Shown in pieces: positions 15,269 to 24,423 of a stretch of 32,000 bases of DNA; within the stretch, counting starts at the first letter, position 1, and every line of letters begins with the position of its first letter. The stretch spans positions 420,001 to 452,000 of the forward strand of contig NZ_LT671858.1 in assembly GCF_900083515.1 (NCBI RefSeq). The letters run 5' to 3'. Source of the DNA: Cuniculiplasma divulgatum (GTDB lineage Archaea; Thermoplasmatota; Thermoplasmata; Thermoplasmatales; Thermoplasmataceae). A model generated the notes under the pieces. That model was not told the origin of the DNA. It searched no databases and saw nothing but the letters and a program-made list of their open reading frames with translations. The translations under genes and the position numbers were made by a program.

Positions 15269-17724
15269 TTTCCACTACCCTTTACTGGTTTCTTTTTATT
15301 AGCTCTCCATCTTCTAAACGCCCTAATTTCTATATATAGATCACCAAGAATTACGAGCAAAACTATTAGATCGAAAAGATAGAAATAGCCCACGAGAGGT
15401 GTTAATAAAATCTTTAATTGTGGTATGAGTGTGCCCGCATCCATATCAACATAGAAATAAAGTAGGTTATTAATGGCATCCTGAACAGGTGGTGATGCCA
15501 CGGAAATACCAACCAGTGGTCCTGTTGAATTCTCATTAGTGTTATTGTTTTCATATTTCACAAGTGGATTACCAAGTGTATAAAATCCGGGATTTCTTGC
15601 CCTAACTGTAAAGTTGAGGTAAATAGTTTTTCCTGGAGAAACCTTTTGATATATCTTACTTTGAGATGATCCTGAAATTATGTGAATGGATTCACCATAC
15701 TCTCCTGTAAATGCTGTTTCATTTATGGATAGGTTTTTCAGGACATTTGTATCTTTGTTTGTAACACCAATGGAAACAGCAAAATTATTCGCGGTTAGAT
15801 TGGATATTTTTTCTGAGAATTTCAGTTTTGCCGGGAAGTTTGCATTTGTATTATAATTAACTGCATCTGGGTTTATCACTCCGGTTGTTTGATCCATATT
15901 TGCGTGATTTCCGAAGTTTACATCGCTGGCAAGTGTTTTGTTGTTGGTGTAACTGTAAAACTCATATCTGTTATTATTGTTTATTTCTACAGGGAAGCCT
16001 GTTACAATTAAGGACTCTGTGGTTCCTGAGAAATTTAAACTGCGATCATAGTTTATCAGTTTGGCCATGGTAAATGAATGCTTGTTTCCGGAGGATGTAT
16101 ATACATGGTTCTGCTCAAAAACAGAAAGGGAAAAACTAAGGTCAGATTTTGAATTAAAAAGTTTAGATAGTCCTGAGAAACTGGAAAGATCAGATGCAAC
16201 TTCACTGGAATGAACACTTCCTCCCATCATTATAAAAGAATCAACAGGGCCATTTTCTGATACTGAACTTAAATTTCCATCTTGAATAGAACTCTTAAGT
16301 ATTAAACTTGATTGACTATTTCCATAGAAGGCAGCATTATTCTCTACAAGTTTGTTTTCAATATTTTTGTAGTCAGGAATAAAAGAGAATAAATAAACTC
16401 CAATCTGTGGTATTTTAAGACTGCTTAGATTGACATTTAAAGCAAGAACTGACTTAAGCGAAGTACCGCCTACTGATGATACAAAATTTGAAGCAGCTGA
16501 ATATGTTGAAGACTGTCCAGAGTTAGAAGAACCACTGGTAATAAATAGGACCATTCCTCCAGGCAAAAGATTGAAAACCTGAGATATTTGATTTGAATTC
16601 AGATCGGCTGTACTAAACAAATTATCAACCCCAAGCTGAGTTAGTAAATTAGAAATATTGTACGTGACAAAGTAGGCAGACATTAAAGTTGAATTAGTAG
16701 CCATTAGTTGATTTCTGGCACTGTTATTGGATTGCATAGTTCCATATACATTATACATTGATCCAGTTTTCCCTATGAACCCACCGGCAAAGGAATATGT
16801 GCTATTTTGATCTGTATAGAAATTTCTATCCGAATTCAACACCTGAGTAGCGAAACCCTCGGCAAATGCCTTATCAATTGAAGGTTGAGGCGCGACTTTC
16901 TCATCATTGTTTAGATTTCCTGAATGCATAACAGGAATAGAAAATGAAAGTACTACAAGTAAGGTTAGTATAAGAATTAGGGCCATTTTAACAGTATCCT
17001 TATTTTCTTTAACCTGCTCTTTTTCCACGGTCTTTCCAGTATCTTTTTTCTCCTTCTTAGCGTATCTATTAATCAGATACCCTACAAGCATAGCAACTAT
17101 GGCAACTATAAGAAAATCTTCAATCGCCTGTAAAAGCAATTCTCTGAAGAGAATTGGTCCATATGTTGTTACCATTGTACTTATTGTCGAAGTAGAAAAC
17201 GATCCTGATGAACTGGAAAGTGGATTAGAAGTTCCCTTTCCGAGGAAAGAGGAAATTGTACTTAGTATCCTTTCAATTAGGGGCTCTGATAGTATGGCGG
17301 TCATGGAACTTCCCTTTGGGACAGGGGGAAGACCTGAATTTGTTACACCACTTACTGAGGTTGAAGTGGTTAGTTTCAGCAGTGAGCTTAATGCACTGGT
17401 TTCATTGAACAGTATGAAGTATAGAGAAATACCCATTACCGATAATATTGATGCGTAAATAGAAGCAGTAGATATGAATGCCTTTCTGCCTTTTCTTGCC
17501 CCCACTCCAACTGCAATTCCTGTAAGGATAAATATGGGAATCAATATGGTCTCCTTTAATGGATTTCCCAGTAGAAACAATAAAAGTCCTGAAATTATTA
17601 CAAGAGGCGTCCCAAAGGATGGCCCCATCCACTGAATCAGAGGTTTGTAATAAACTGTTAGATAATAATAGCTTGAGAATAAAACAATACCGAGTCCTAA
17701 TAAGTATGATGTTAACTTACCCAC
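15265..17724 (-). CDS. Large polytopic membrane protein with an S/T/N-rich ectodomain of about 500 aa and a C-terminal TM anchor (surface glycoprotein candidate), family unknown
   Basis: 819 aa. About 5 N-terminal TM helices, a Lys/Glu-rich linker (KKEKKDTGKTVEKEQVKENKD), another TM helix, a long low-hydrophobicity domain with about 15 N-x-S/T sequons by hand count, then a final TM helix (YLFDLIVLLVILGDLYI) and a basic tail RRWRANKKKPVK. Confidence 0.6.
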   Translation of the reverse strand: MGKLTSYLLGLGIVLFSSYYYLTVYYKPLIQWMGPSFGTPLVIISGLLLFLLGNPLKETILIPIFILTGIAVGVGARKGRKAFISTASIYASILSVMGISLYFILFNETSALSSLLKLTTSTSVSGVTNSGLPPVPKGSSMTAILSEPLIERILSTISSFLGKGTSNPLSSSSGSFSTSTISTMVTTYGPILFRELLLQAIEDFLIVAIVAMLVGYLINRYAKKEKKDTGKTVEKEQVKENKDTVKMALILILTLLVVLSFSIPVMHSGNLNNDEKVAPQPSIDKAFAEGFATQVLNSDRNFYTDQNSTYSFAGGFIGKTGSMYNVYGTMQSNNSARNQLMATNSTLMSAYFVTYNISNLLTQLGVDNLFSTADLNSNQISQVFNLLPGGMVLFITSGSSNSGQSSTYSAASNFVSSVGGTSLKSVLALNVNLSSLKIPQIGVYLFSFIPDYKNIENKLVENNAAFYGNSQSSLILKSSIQDGNLSSVSENGPVDSFIMMGGSVHSSEVASDLSSFSGLSKLFNSKSDLSFSLSVFEQNHVYTSSGNKHSFTMAKLINYDRSLNFSGTTESLIVTGFPVEINNNNRYEFYSYTNNKTLASDVNFGNHANMDQTTGVINPDAVNYNTNANFPAKLKFSEKISNLTANNFAVSIGVTNKDTNVLKNLSINETAFTGEYGESIHIISGSSQSKIYQKVSPGKTIYLNFTVRARNPGFYTLGNPLVKYENNNTNENSTGPLVGISVASPPVQDAINNLLYFYVDMDAGTLIPQLKILLTPLVGYFYLFDLIVLLVILGDLYIEIRAFRRWRANKKKPVKGSGN

Positions 17725-17873
17725 GGGTGTATATAATTAACCTTATTATAAATTTTATATAAATGAAGGGTTCAAAATCAATGCCAAAACTGCCAGTATA
17801 TAATCAAGATCATAAAAGAAATAAACAAAGTCGAAAGATAAAAACTTATTTTCACATCCTTTAAATTATATTA

Positions 17874-18452
17874 TTACGAAACTTTTTTTATTATTTTTGC
17901 TGGATTTCCTCCAACCAAAACATCTTGAAGGACATCTTTGGTAACCACAGAGCCAGACGCAATTACTGCTCTGTTTCCAATGTTCACTCCGGGATTTATT
18001 ATCGCACCTCCGCCTATCCAAACATCATCGCCAATAGTCACTGTTTTTCCGAATTCAATACCTCTTCTTCTTACCTGACTATCCAAGGAATGGGATGCTG
18101 TGTATATATGAACTGAAGGTCCAAGCAGTACATTGTTTCCTATGGTTACCCTGCAAACATCAAGGATGACACAGTTATAGTTTGCATAGAACATATCCCC
18201 AATTTCTATATTATACCCATAATCACAGCGAAAAATAGGCTCAATATATGGGGTCACTCCAACCTTATCAAAAAATCCTTTAAGAATTCTATTTCTTCTA
18301 GAAACCTCATTGACAGGGATTGTGTTGAATTCATCCAGGATCCTTCTCGCATTTTCTCTGTCTTCAGCGAGCTGAGCATCACCTGAATAGTACGGCTCTC
18401 CAGAAATCATTTTTGCCTTTTCACTCAATTTATCTTTATCTGCCATACACAA
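17874..18452 (-). CDS. maa: Maltose/galactoside O-acetyltransferase (left-handed beta-helix hexapeptide transferase)
   Basis: The blocks KMISGEPYYSGD, IEPIFRCDYGYNIEIG, HIYTASHSLD, TIGDDVWIGGGAIINPGVNIGNRAVIASGSVVTKDV and VGGNPAKIIKK align almost block for block with E. coli Maa as I recall it. An alternative start lies at 18446. Confidence 0.9.
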   Translation of the reverse strand: MCMADKDKLSEKAKMISGEPYYSGDAQLAEDRENARRILDEFNTIPVNEVSRRNRILKGFFDKVGVTPYIEPIFRCDYGYNIEIGDMFYANYNCVILDVCRVTIGNNVLLGPSVHIYTASHSLDSQVRRRGIEFGKTVTIGDDVWIGGGAIINPGVNIGNRAVIASGSVVTKDVLQDVLVGGNPAKIIKKVS

Positions 18453-18494
18453 AGAATTATACCTGTCCTAATAAAACAATAACAACTTATATAA

Positions 18495-18576
18495 CGCCGG
18501 GAGAGAGATTCGAACTCCCGATCCACAAAGGGAACCAGATCTCAAGTCTGGCGCCGTACCACTGGGCCACCCCGGC
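18495..18576 (-). tRNA. tRNA-Ser (anticodon UGA), type II with long variable arm, no encoded CCA
   Basis: The reverse complement folds by hand: acceptor GCCGGGG/TCCCGGC (one G-U pair), 3-bp D stem GCC/GGC, anticodon stem CCAGA/TCTGG with loop CTTGAGA (anticodon TGA), a 15-nt variable arm, T arm GGGAG-TTCGAAT-CTCTC, and discriminator G. Confidence 0.9.
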
Positions 18577-18596
18577 AAACCTGTATGCCAAACCGC

Positions 18597-18602
18597 TTTA
18601 AA
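18597..18602 (-). promoter_or_regulatory. TATA-like box upstream of tRNA-Ser
   Basis: TTTAAA is centred about 24 nt upstream of the mature tRNA 5' end at 18576. Confidence 0.5.
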
Positions 18603-18643
18603 TGTAAACAATATAATGATAGACAGTAAAGAGATAAACTTCT

Positions 18644-19240
18644 TTATCTTCTTAATCTGTCATTTGCTCTTATGGAAGGTCTGCTCTTTGCTGATCCCTG
18701 TCTTCCTGTTCTCAGCCCCCTTCCTTTGTAACCAGCTGATGTGAGACCCCTGTATACTCTGCCCTTGTTTTGTGGTTCAGAAATCCATGAGATTCTCTTA
18801 TCGTTGTAAATGGTTGGCTGGTTTTTATCCACAAGAATAATCTCATAGTACTTGTAGAACCCATCTTCTCCAACGTAATAGGAGTTCAGAACTTCAGTAT
18901 TTGGATATCTATCTGCAGCCCTTTCTTCTGCGATCCACTGAATGCTCTTTTTTCTTGTGAGTTTGCTGTAAGCCAGTCTTCTTGGTCTCCTTCCTCCCAT
19001 TATTTTAGGTCTGTTTGACCCTCCTCTTCTGACTCTTGATCTTACCACTATATACCCTAACTTTGCCTTATATCCAAGTGATCTTGCTCTATCCAGTCTG
19101 GTAGGATGTTCCAGCCTTTCTATGGAATTTCCCTTCCTCCAGTCTATCATCCTTTCTCTCTGAAACAACAGGATTTCAGACTTCTTTGGATTCTTCCACG
19201 TTTCTGCGATTTTGCCATATAGATTTGAATGATTAACCAT
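18644..19240 (-). CDS. rpl15e: 50S ribosomal protein L15e (eL15)
   Basis: 198 aa and very basic. Blocks [24 protein letters not shown] and the N-terminal WKNPKKS...[12 protein letters not shown] fit eL15. Confidence 0.9.
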   Translation of the reverse strand: MVNHSNLYGKIAETWKNPKKSEILLFQRERMIDWRKGNSIERLEHPTRLDRARSLGYKAKLGYIVVRSRVRRGGSNRPKIMGGRRPRRLAYSKLTRKKSIQWIAEERAADRYPNTEVLNSYYVGEDGFYKYYEIILVDKNQPTIYNDKRISWISEPQNKGRVYRGLTSAGYKGRGLRTGRQGSAKSRPSIRANDRLRR

Positions 19241-19395
19241 TTCTTTCTACCCTTAAGTAATGTAATGGTGATATGAAGCTATAATAAATAATTTTATGGT
19301 ATTTGTAGATCTAAATTCTGTTTTAGCTCTTAAAAATAAGTGATTTGGTAGAAACTTGCAGTAGCGTTTGAATCTCTTAAATAATCAAAAGCATT

Positions 19396-19403
19396 TTTAA
19401 ATA
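19396..19403 (+). promoter_or_regulatory. TATA box upstream of rnp2
   Basis: TTTAAATA lies 18-25 nt upstream of GTG 19421. Confidence 0.45.
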
Positions 19404-19420
19404 TTCTGATATATAGAAAC

Positions 19421-19705
19421 GTGAAAGGTTCACCATACAGGAAAAGATATATTCTCATAGAGTTTTCAGAAATGAAATCCGCAGATTACCTTTCCATGGA
19501 ATGCAGGAGGATTTTTAACACAAGAGAAAAATACAGGGACAGGTCATTTATTATAATTAAAACCGACCAGTTCCTTAAGGATCAGGTTTGCACCTTTGTA
19601 GAGCAGAGAATCAGGGGTGTCAGGATAATAACCGTAAGTGGAACAATAAAGAAATGTAAGAGAACGATGGGCGCACTAGTCAATGAACATCTCCAGATCA
19701 TTTAG
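19421..19705 (+). CDS. rnp2: RNase P protein component 2 (Pop5 homologue)
   Basis: 94 aa. The N-terminal RKRYILIEF and C-terminal IITVSGTIKKCKR match the Pop5 motifs (KKRYIAF ... VLGVSGTIKRLKRK) recalled from Pyrococcus Pop5. GTG start, with TTTAAATA at 19396-19403 upstream. Confidence 0.75.
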   Translation: MKGSPYRKRYILIEFSEMKSADYLSMECRRIFNTREKYRDRSFIIIKTDQFLKDQVCTFVEQRIRGVRIITVSGTIKKCKRTMGALVNEHLQII

Positions 19706-21019
19706 ATCAAGAGTTTCGATAGCCTTAAAACTTCCACCGGATACAAATCTTGAGTTATGTTTATCAGCTTCATTATTAATGTAGTTCAAAAGTTCAACGG
19801 TAAAACCTTTCCTTAATCTGGACATAACCTTTAACACTCCTCTCATTTCATATGCCTCTTCTTTTGACATATGTAATATTTTTGAAAGGTCCTCTGCAAC
19901 AAGGTTTCTCGACCCTCTGCTCTTTTTTGTTTTGCTCATCTGGCTGAGGTAATTTGAGAACTTGAATGGAATAAACACCCCTGTTTTACCCTTAAATCTG
20001 GTAGCAAATAATGCCTCAAGATCTTTAACATAAACGAGCATTCTATAGTAATTATACCTGTGCGCAAACCAGTTCATTTGATCAATAACCGATATATAAT
20101 CGAAAGCATCAAGTGCGCTTTCAAGGTTCTTTGCCTGGGAAAAAACATTTTGTGATACCCAAAGGAGAATCTGTCCTGAGTCTGAATCAGAACTGTCAAT
20201 AAGGGAAACATTATCAGAATAATTGTCCCTGTGAAATATTCCAGAAAGAGTGTCCCAGATAATTGACTGTTCATCTCTATTACCAGCACTTATAAGAGAT
20301 TCTGACTGTGACAGTACGTAAGCTTCAGCATCATTGATTGAAGCCCTTATGTCAGGCAAATCTCCCTCTATAATTTTTTCCAGTGTTACTCTCTGGGGCT
20401 TAAGACCCAGTCTTGAGCTGACTTCCAATATTCTATTAGTAAGAGTTGTCACAATATTTCTATACTCTGTCCCACCTTTTCTTGAAAATATTTTCTTTAT
20501 TTCTACAACTTCGCACAGGTTTATTATGGTTGCAGCATTAGATCCTTTTCTGTACCTGAAATTTGCAAAATCATTCATCGTGATGATTATGGGAATCGAT
20601 GTATTTTTTAGAATGTCAACAATTGCCCTGTATCCACCACTTTCTCCTGTACCTCCTTTTGTACTCCTTTCATAGATATTGTCTGCTTCATCAATCAATC
20701 CTGCTTTCTTTCTGCTTCCTTCTTCGTCCCATGTCAGGTCCTTATAAAGGGAAAACATTCCTATGGTTCTTTTAATGAAATCTTCAGTTCTCCCCTCTGA
20801 TCCATTAATCTCGATAATATCCCAGCCTTTGCTGTTGGAAAGAGCATATGCTATGGAAGTCTTTCCAAGTCCAGGCGGTCCAGCTAGTATGAGTCCTCTC
20901 TTTTCAGGTTTACCACTATCCCATGAATCAGCCCAGGCCTGAATTTTTGTTCTATCTTCTTTTATAAGAAATACCTGATCAAAAGTCCTGGGTCTGAGTT
21001 CCTCATTCAATATGCCCAT
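19676..21019 (-). CDS. rfcL: Replication factor C large subunit
   Basis: N-terminus LRPRTFDQV...IQAWADSW...GLILAGPPGLGKTSIAYAL (AAA+ Walker A), Walker B GLIDEADN, 447 aa. Pattern and length fit archaeal RFC-L. Confidence 0.85.
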   Translation of the reverse strand: MGILNEELRPRTFDQVFLIKEDRTKIQAWADSWDSGKPEKRGLILAGPPGLGKTSIAYALSNSKGWDIIEINGSEGRTEDFIKRTIGMFSLYKDLTWDEEGSRKKAGLIDEADNIYERSTKGGTGESGGYRAIVDILKNTSIPIIITMNDFANFRYRKGSNAATIINLCEVVEIKKIFSRKGGTEYRNIVTTLTNRILEVSSRLGLKPQRVTLEKIIEGDLPDIRASINDAEAYVLSQSESLISAGNRDEQSIIWDTLSGIFHRDNYSDNVSLIDSSDSDSGQILLWVSQNVFSQAKNLESALDAFDYISVIDQMNWFAHRYNYYRMLVYVKDLEALFATRFKGKTGVFIPFKFSNYLSQMSKTKKSRGSRNLVAEDLSKILHMSKEEAYEMRGVLKVMSRLRKGFTVELLNYINNEADKHNSRFVSGGSFKAIETLDLNDLEMFID

Positions 21020-21096
21020 TTAATTTCAGCATTGCTAGACTGGTTAATAATTTCTTCCATAGATCATTTCAATATATCAGAAAGAAATTTCCTAAA

Positions 21097-22092
21097 GTGA
21101 AAAGGTTAGTCTCATACAGTCCTCTGAGGGTTAGTTTTCTTGGTGGAGGAACAGACATTTCTCCATTTCTTGAACAGCATGGAAGCAGGGTATTCAACAC
21201 CACCATAGATCATGGGGTACAAGTAATTTACACACCGGACAGTTACCCTCTGGAGGTATCTTCAAGAGACTTTCTTAAAACTGTAATAATGGGAAATGAG
21301 CATGGAAAAAATTTTCAGAACAAAATTCTGGACCTTCTTTCAGATTATGGAATTAAAAGCGGAAAGATCTATATAAACGGGGAGGTACCACCAGGTTCCG
21401 GACTTGCTTCTTCAAGCGCAATGGTAACCGCATTGATGAGAATCATACTGGAAATCAGAAATGAATATGAAGATCCAATGCAGCTTGCAAGAATCTCCTA
21501 TGAAAAGGAGAGGAATTTCTTTGGAATAACCCTGGGTATTCAGGACCCATATGCCATATCACTGGGCGGTTTCAAATACATGGAATCGGATGGAAGTAAA
21601 ATTAATGTGAAAAAATATGAAAGAAACGAGTTTCTTGAGGGCATAGGAGATGGCATGCTCATATGCTACACCGGTGGTACAAGGGAGAGTTCAGAGGTAC
21701 TGAAGAATCAGGTTGAAAAGTCCTCACAGAATGATTCTGGAACAATTGAGAAGTTGCAAAAGATAAGTGATCTCACGGCAAAACTTGTTAAATCAGTACA
21801 GGAAAAAGATTACAGTACTTTCACAGAACTGATCAATGAAGGATGGAATGTAAAGAAGACTCTGAGTGAAAAGGTCACAAGCAGTGCGGTGAATAATATA
21901 ATAACTACTGCTCTGAAAAATGGCGCAGACTGCGCGCGGTTGCTTGGAGGAGGAAATCAGGGATTTGTACTGGCAATCGGAAAGCCAGATAGGCTCTGGG
22001 AAATGCAGCGTTCACTTATGGGGCTTTCTGATTTTGTGGTTAGGGTCAAACCAACCACAAGGGGAACGTTCATTACCAACGAAGAGCAGTAA
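21097..22092 (+). CDS. GHMP-family sugar kinase (COG2605-like; heptose-7-phosphate kinase/fucokinase-type)
   Basis: The N-terminal SPLRVSFLGGGTDISPF and the GHMP motif PPGSGLASSSAM. GTG start. The substrate cannot be assigned from sequence by eye. Confidence 0.7.
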   Translation: MKRLVSYSPLRVSFLGGGTDISPFLEQHGSRVFNTTIDHGVQVIYTPDSYPLEVSSRDFLKTVIMGNEHGKNFQNKILDLLSDYGIKSGKIYINGEVPPGSGLASSSAMVTALMRIILEIRNEYEDPMQLARISYEKERNFFGITLGIQDPYAISLGGFKYMESDGSKINVKKYERNEFLEGIGDGMLICYTGGTRESSEVLKNQVEKSSQNDSGTIEKLQKISDLTAKLVKSVQEKDYSTFTELINEGWNVKKTLSEKVTSSAVNNIITTALKNGADCARLLGGGNQGFVLAIGKPDRLWEMQRSLMGLSDFVVRVKPTTRGTFITNEEQ

Positions 22093-22120
22093 GCTAAACG
22101 ATATGCACAAAAAGTTTACC

Positions 22121-22678
22121 TTAATCATTATTTATGCTCATTTCATACAGTATGTTTTTCAGGCTATCATATATTCTAAAAGTAAGACCCCATACTATGT
22201 CTCCATTCCATTTGATATAATCTCCCATACGCTCGTCATGGGCTCTGACTTCTGAACCAAGCTTATACCATCCTCCCCTCTCTATCTCTGAATCAGGATT
22301 GACTGTTAGCATCTCCTCGCATATATAAACAAAAGGATGAACATTTATGGATGAAGATCGCACCGGGTGGAATACTTTGTGCTCAAATTGAAAATAGACT
22401 AACTGCTCCTCAATTCCAGTCTCTTCCCTCAATTCCCTTAGGGATGCTTTGTATGGAGTTTCACCATCCTTAACAAATCCACCAGGAAAGCACATATCTC
22501 CAGACCATGGATCATCAGGCCTTGCTCTTCTCTTAAGAAGCAGTAAATGACCATGGCTCAGGAGTACGCTTACTGCAGTTTCATTTCTGGCGTCCATATT
22601 GACATGATGCTCCGGGAATAAATTATCTTTTTTAAATCTCTTAATCATTAATAGAGAATGTGAAATCTGATTTATCAT
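22121..22678 (-). CDS. NUDIX hydrolase (CoA pyrophosphatase-like)
   Basis: Nudix box GGFVKDGETPYKASLRELREETGI, preceded by FPGG as in the NudL/CoA pyrophosphatase subgroup. 185 aa. Confidence 0.75.
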   Translation of the reverse strand: MINQISHSLLMIKRFKKDNLFPEHHVNMDARNETAVSVLLSHGHLLLLKRRARPDDPWSGDMCFPGGFVKDGETPYKASLRELREETGIEEQLVYFQFEHKVFHPVRSSSINVHPFVYICEEMLTVNPDSEIERGGWYKLGSEVRAHDERMGDYIKWNGDIVWGLTFRIYDSLKNILYEMSINND

Positions 22679-22720
22679 GGTATTAACATCACGTTAAATA
22701 AACGGTATAATTCTGAAATG

Positions 22721-22728
22721 TTTATATA
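22721..22728 (+). promoter_or_regulatory. TATA box of the thermosome gene
   Basis: TTTATATA matches the archaeal consensus TTTAWATA and lies 28-35 nt upstream of ATG 22756. Confidence 0.65.
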
Positions 22729-22755
22729 GAAGTTTATTTTTACTATGTGATTACA

Positions 22756-24384
22756 ATGATGGGAGGACAACCAATATTCATATTAAAAGAAGGTTCCAAA
22801 AGAGAAACCGGAAGAGACGCGATGAAGGCAAATATTGACGCTGCAAAGGGTATTGCCGCTGCAGTAAGAACAAGCCTAGGACCAAGAGGAATGGACAAAA
22901 TGCTTGTAGATTCACTTGGTGACATAGTCATAACAAACGATGGAGTAACCATTCTAAAGGAAATGGATGTAGAACATCCAGCAGCGAAAATGATGGTTGA
23001 AGTATCCAAAACTCAGGATTCTATGGTAGGAGATGGAACCACAACCGCTGTTGTGATTGCTGGTGCGTTACTTCAGGAAGCCGAGTCCCTGATTAACCAG
23101 AATGTCCATCCAACAGTTATAGCTGAAGGATATAGGATGGCTGCCCAGAAAGCAAAAGACATTCTAGAGGCTGCAAGCACACCCGTAAAGATTGATGATA
23201 AGGCAAAGATCGTTAAGATGGCAGAAACTTCCCTTAGCAGCAAGTCTGCAACAGGAAGTAAGGTAAAACTCGCTGATATTTCATACGAGACAATAAAAGC
23301 AGTGGCAGAGAAGACAGAAGAAGGATACAAGGTAGACATGGATAATGTGCAGATTGTCAAGAAGCAGGGTGGAGATATTGACGATACAGAACTCATATAT
23401 GGTATAATAGTTGACAAGGAGAAAGTTCACCCAGGAATGCCAGATGAGGTGAAAAATGCAAAAATCGCCGTTATGGATGCAGCTCTGGAAATCAAGAAAC
23501 CCGAATTCGACACAAATCTAAAAATTGATGATCCAACCATGATACAGAAGTTTCTTTCACAGGAAGAACAAATGCTTAAGGAAATGGTCAAGAAGGTTAA
23601 AGAGACCGGTGCAAATGTTCTCATTACTCAGAAAGGAATAGATGATCTGGCACAGCATTATCTCTCAAAGGAGGGAATATATGCAGTGAGAAGAGTCAAG
23701 AAGAGTGACATTGAGAAGCTATCAAAGGCAACTGGTGCATCAATAGCATCATCAGTTGATGAACTTTCACCATCTGACCTTGGAAACGCTGCATCAGTAG
23801 AGCAGGTTAAAATTGGCGATGACTACATGACCTTTGTCACAGGATGCAAGAACCCAAAGGCTGTGAGTCTTCTCATAAGAGGCGGAACAGAACATGTAGT
23901 TGACGAAATAGAAAGATCCATGGTAGATTCAATTCATGTTGTTGCTGCAGTAATAGAGGATGGTAAGTATGTGGCAGGCGGTGGAGCATCAGCCGTTGAG
24001 ATTGCAGTAAAGATGAGAGATTATGCAACTCAGGTTGGAGGCAGACAGCAGCTCGCCATAGAGAAATTTGCAAATGCAATGGAAGAAATACCAAGAGCAC
24101 TCGCTGAAAACGCTGGTATAAACGCAATTGACATATTGATAAATCTAAGAACTGCTCATGCTAAGGGAAAAGTGTCATACGGTCTTAATCTGTACACAGG
24201 AGAGATAGAGGATATGACAAAAGCTGGAATAATTGAGCCTATTAGAGTTGGAAGACAGGCAATTGATGCAGCTACTGAAGCGGCAGTAATGATCCTGAGA
24301 ATAGACGATGTCATTGCAACAAAAGGATCCGGCAGTGCCTCACCACCAGGTGGAGCACCAGGCGGAATGGGCGGCGAAGATTAA
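22756..24384 (+). CDS. ths: Thermosome subunit (group II chaperonin)
   Basis: Blocks [60 protein letters not shown] and GGGASAVE, with a Gly/Met-rich tail [11 protein letters not shown]. Very close in pattern to the Thermoplasma thermosome. A canonical TTTATATA at 22721-22728 favours ATG 22756; the ORF track uses GTG 22747. Confidence 0.95.
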   Translation: MMGGQPIFILKEGSKRETGRDAMKANIDAAKGIAAAVRTSLGPRGMDKMLVDSLGDIVITNDGVTILKEMDVEHPAAKMMVEVSKTQDSMVGDGTTTAVVIAGALLQEAESLINQNVHPTVIAEGYRMAAQKAKDILEAASTPVKIDDKAKIVKMAETSLSSKSATGSKVKLADISYETIKAVAEKTEEGYKVDMDNVQIVKKQGGDIDDTELIYGIIVDKEKVHPGMPDEVKNAKIAVMDAALEIKKPEFDTNLKIDDPTMIQKFLSQEEQMLKEMVKKVKETGANVLITQKGIDDLAQHYLSKEGIYAVRRVKKSDIEKLSKATGASIASSVDELSPSDLGNAASVEQVKIGDDYMTFVTGCKNPKAVSLLIRGGTEHVVDEIERSMVDSIHVVAAVIEDGKYVAGGGASAVEIAVKMRDYATQVGGRQQLAIEKFANAMEEIPRALAENAGINAIDILINLRTAHAKGKVSYGLNLYTGEIEDMTKAGIIEPIRVGRQAIDAATEAAVMILRIDDVIATKGSGSASPPGGAPGGMGGED

Positions 24385-24423
24385 TCTTTAAACTATTAAT
24401 ACAACCTTTTAATATACGCTAAA

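Noticed and set aside
16907-17458. 183-aa plus-strand ORF inside the 819-aa minus-strand gene
   Set aside because: It is a shadow ORF antisense to an S/T-rich coding region. Its sequence is low-complexity, it has no promoter or start context, and it is fully contained in a better-supported gene.
17763-17864. 33-aa highly basic plus-strand ORF (MKGSKSMPKLPVYNQDHKRNKQSRKIKTYFHIL) in the intergenic region between two minus-strand genes
   Set aside because: No TATA box lies at the expected distance, there is no SD element, and it resembles no small ribosomal or known protein that I recognise. A basic composition is expected from A-rich DNA. Only Ribo-seq or conservation analysis would make it worth revisiting.
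19241-19420. 180-bp intergenic region between rpl15e and rnp2, inspected for a small RNA (C/D box, H/ACA)
   Set aside because: I found no RUGAUGA/CUGA box pair and no convincing stem structure by eye. It is most simply two divergent AT-rich promoters.
21920-22255. 111-aa plus-strand ORF bridging the GHMP kinase 3' end and the NUDIX gene
   Set aside because: It is out of frame with the kinase and antisense to the NUDIX gene, both of which have clear motifs. It is a typical read-through artefact.
22743-23417. Minus-strand ORFs (88 and 114 aa) antisense to the thermosome gene; the same situation occurs at 23427-23624 and 23873-24127
   Set aside because: These are antisense shadows of a highly conserved, relatively GC-rich gene, with no independent support.
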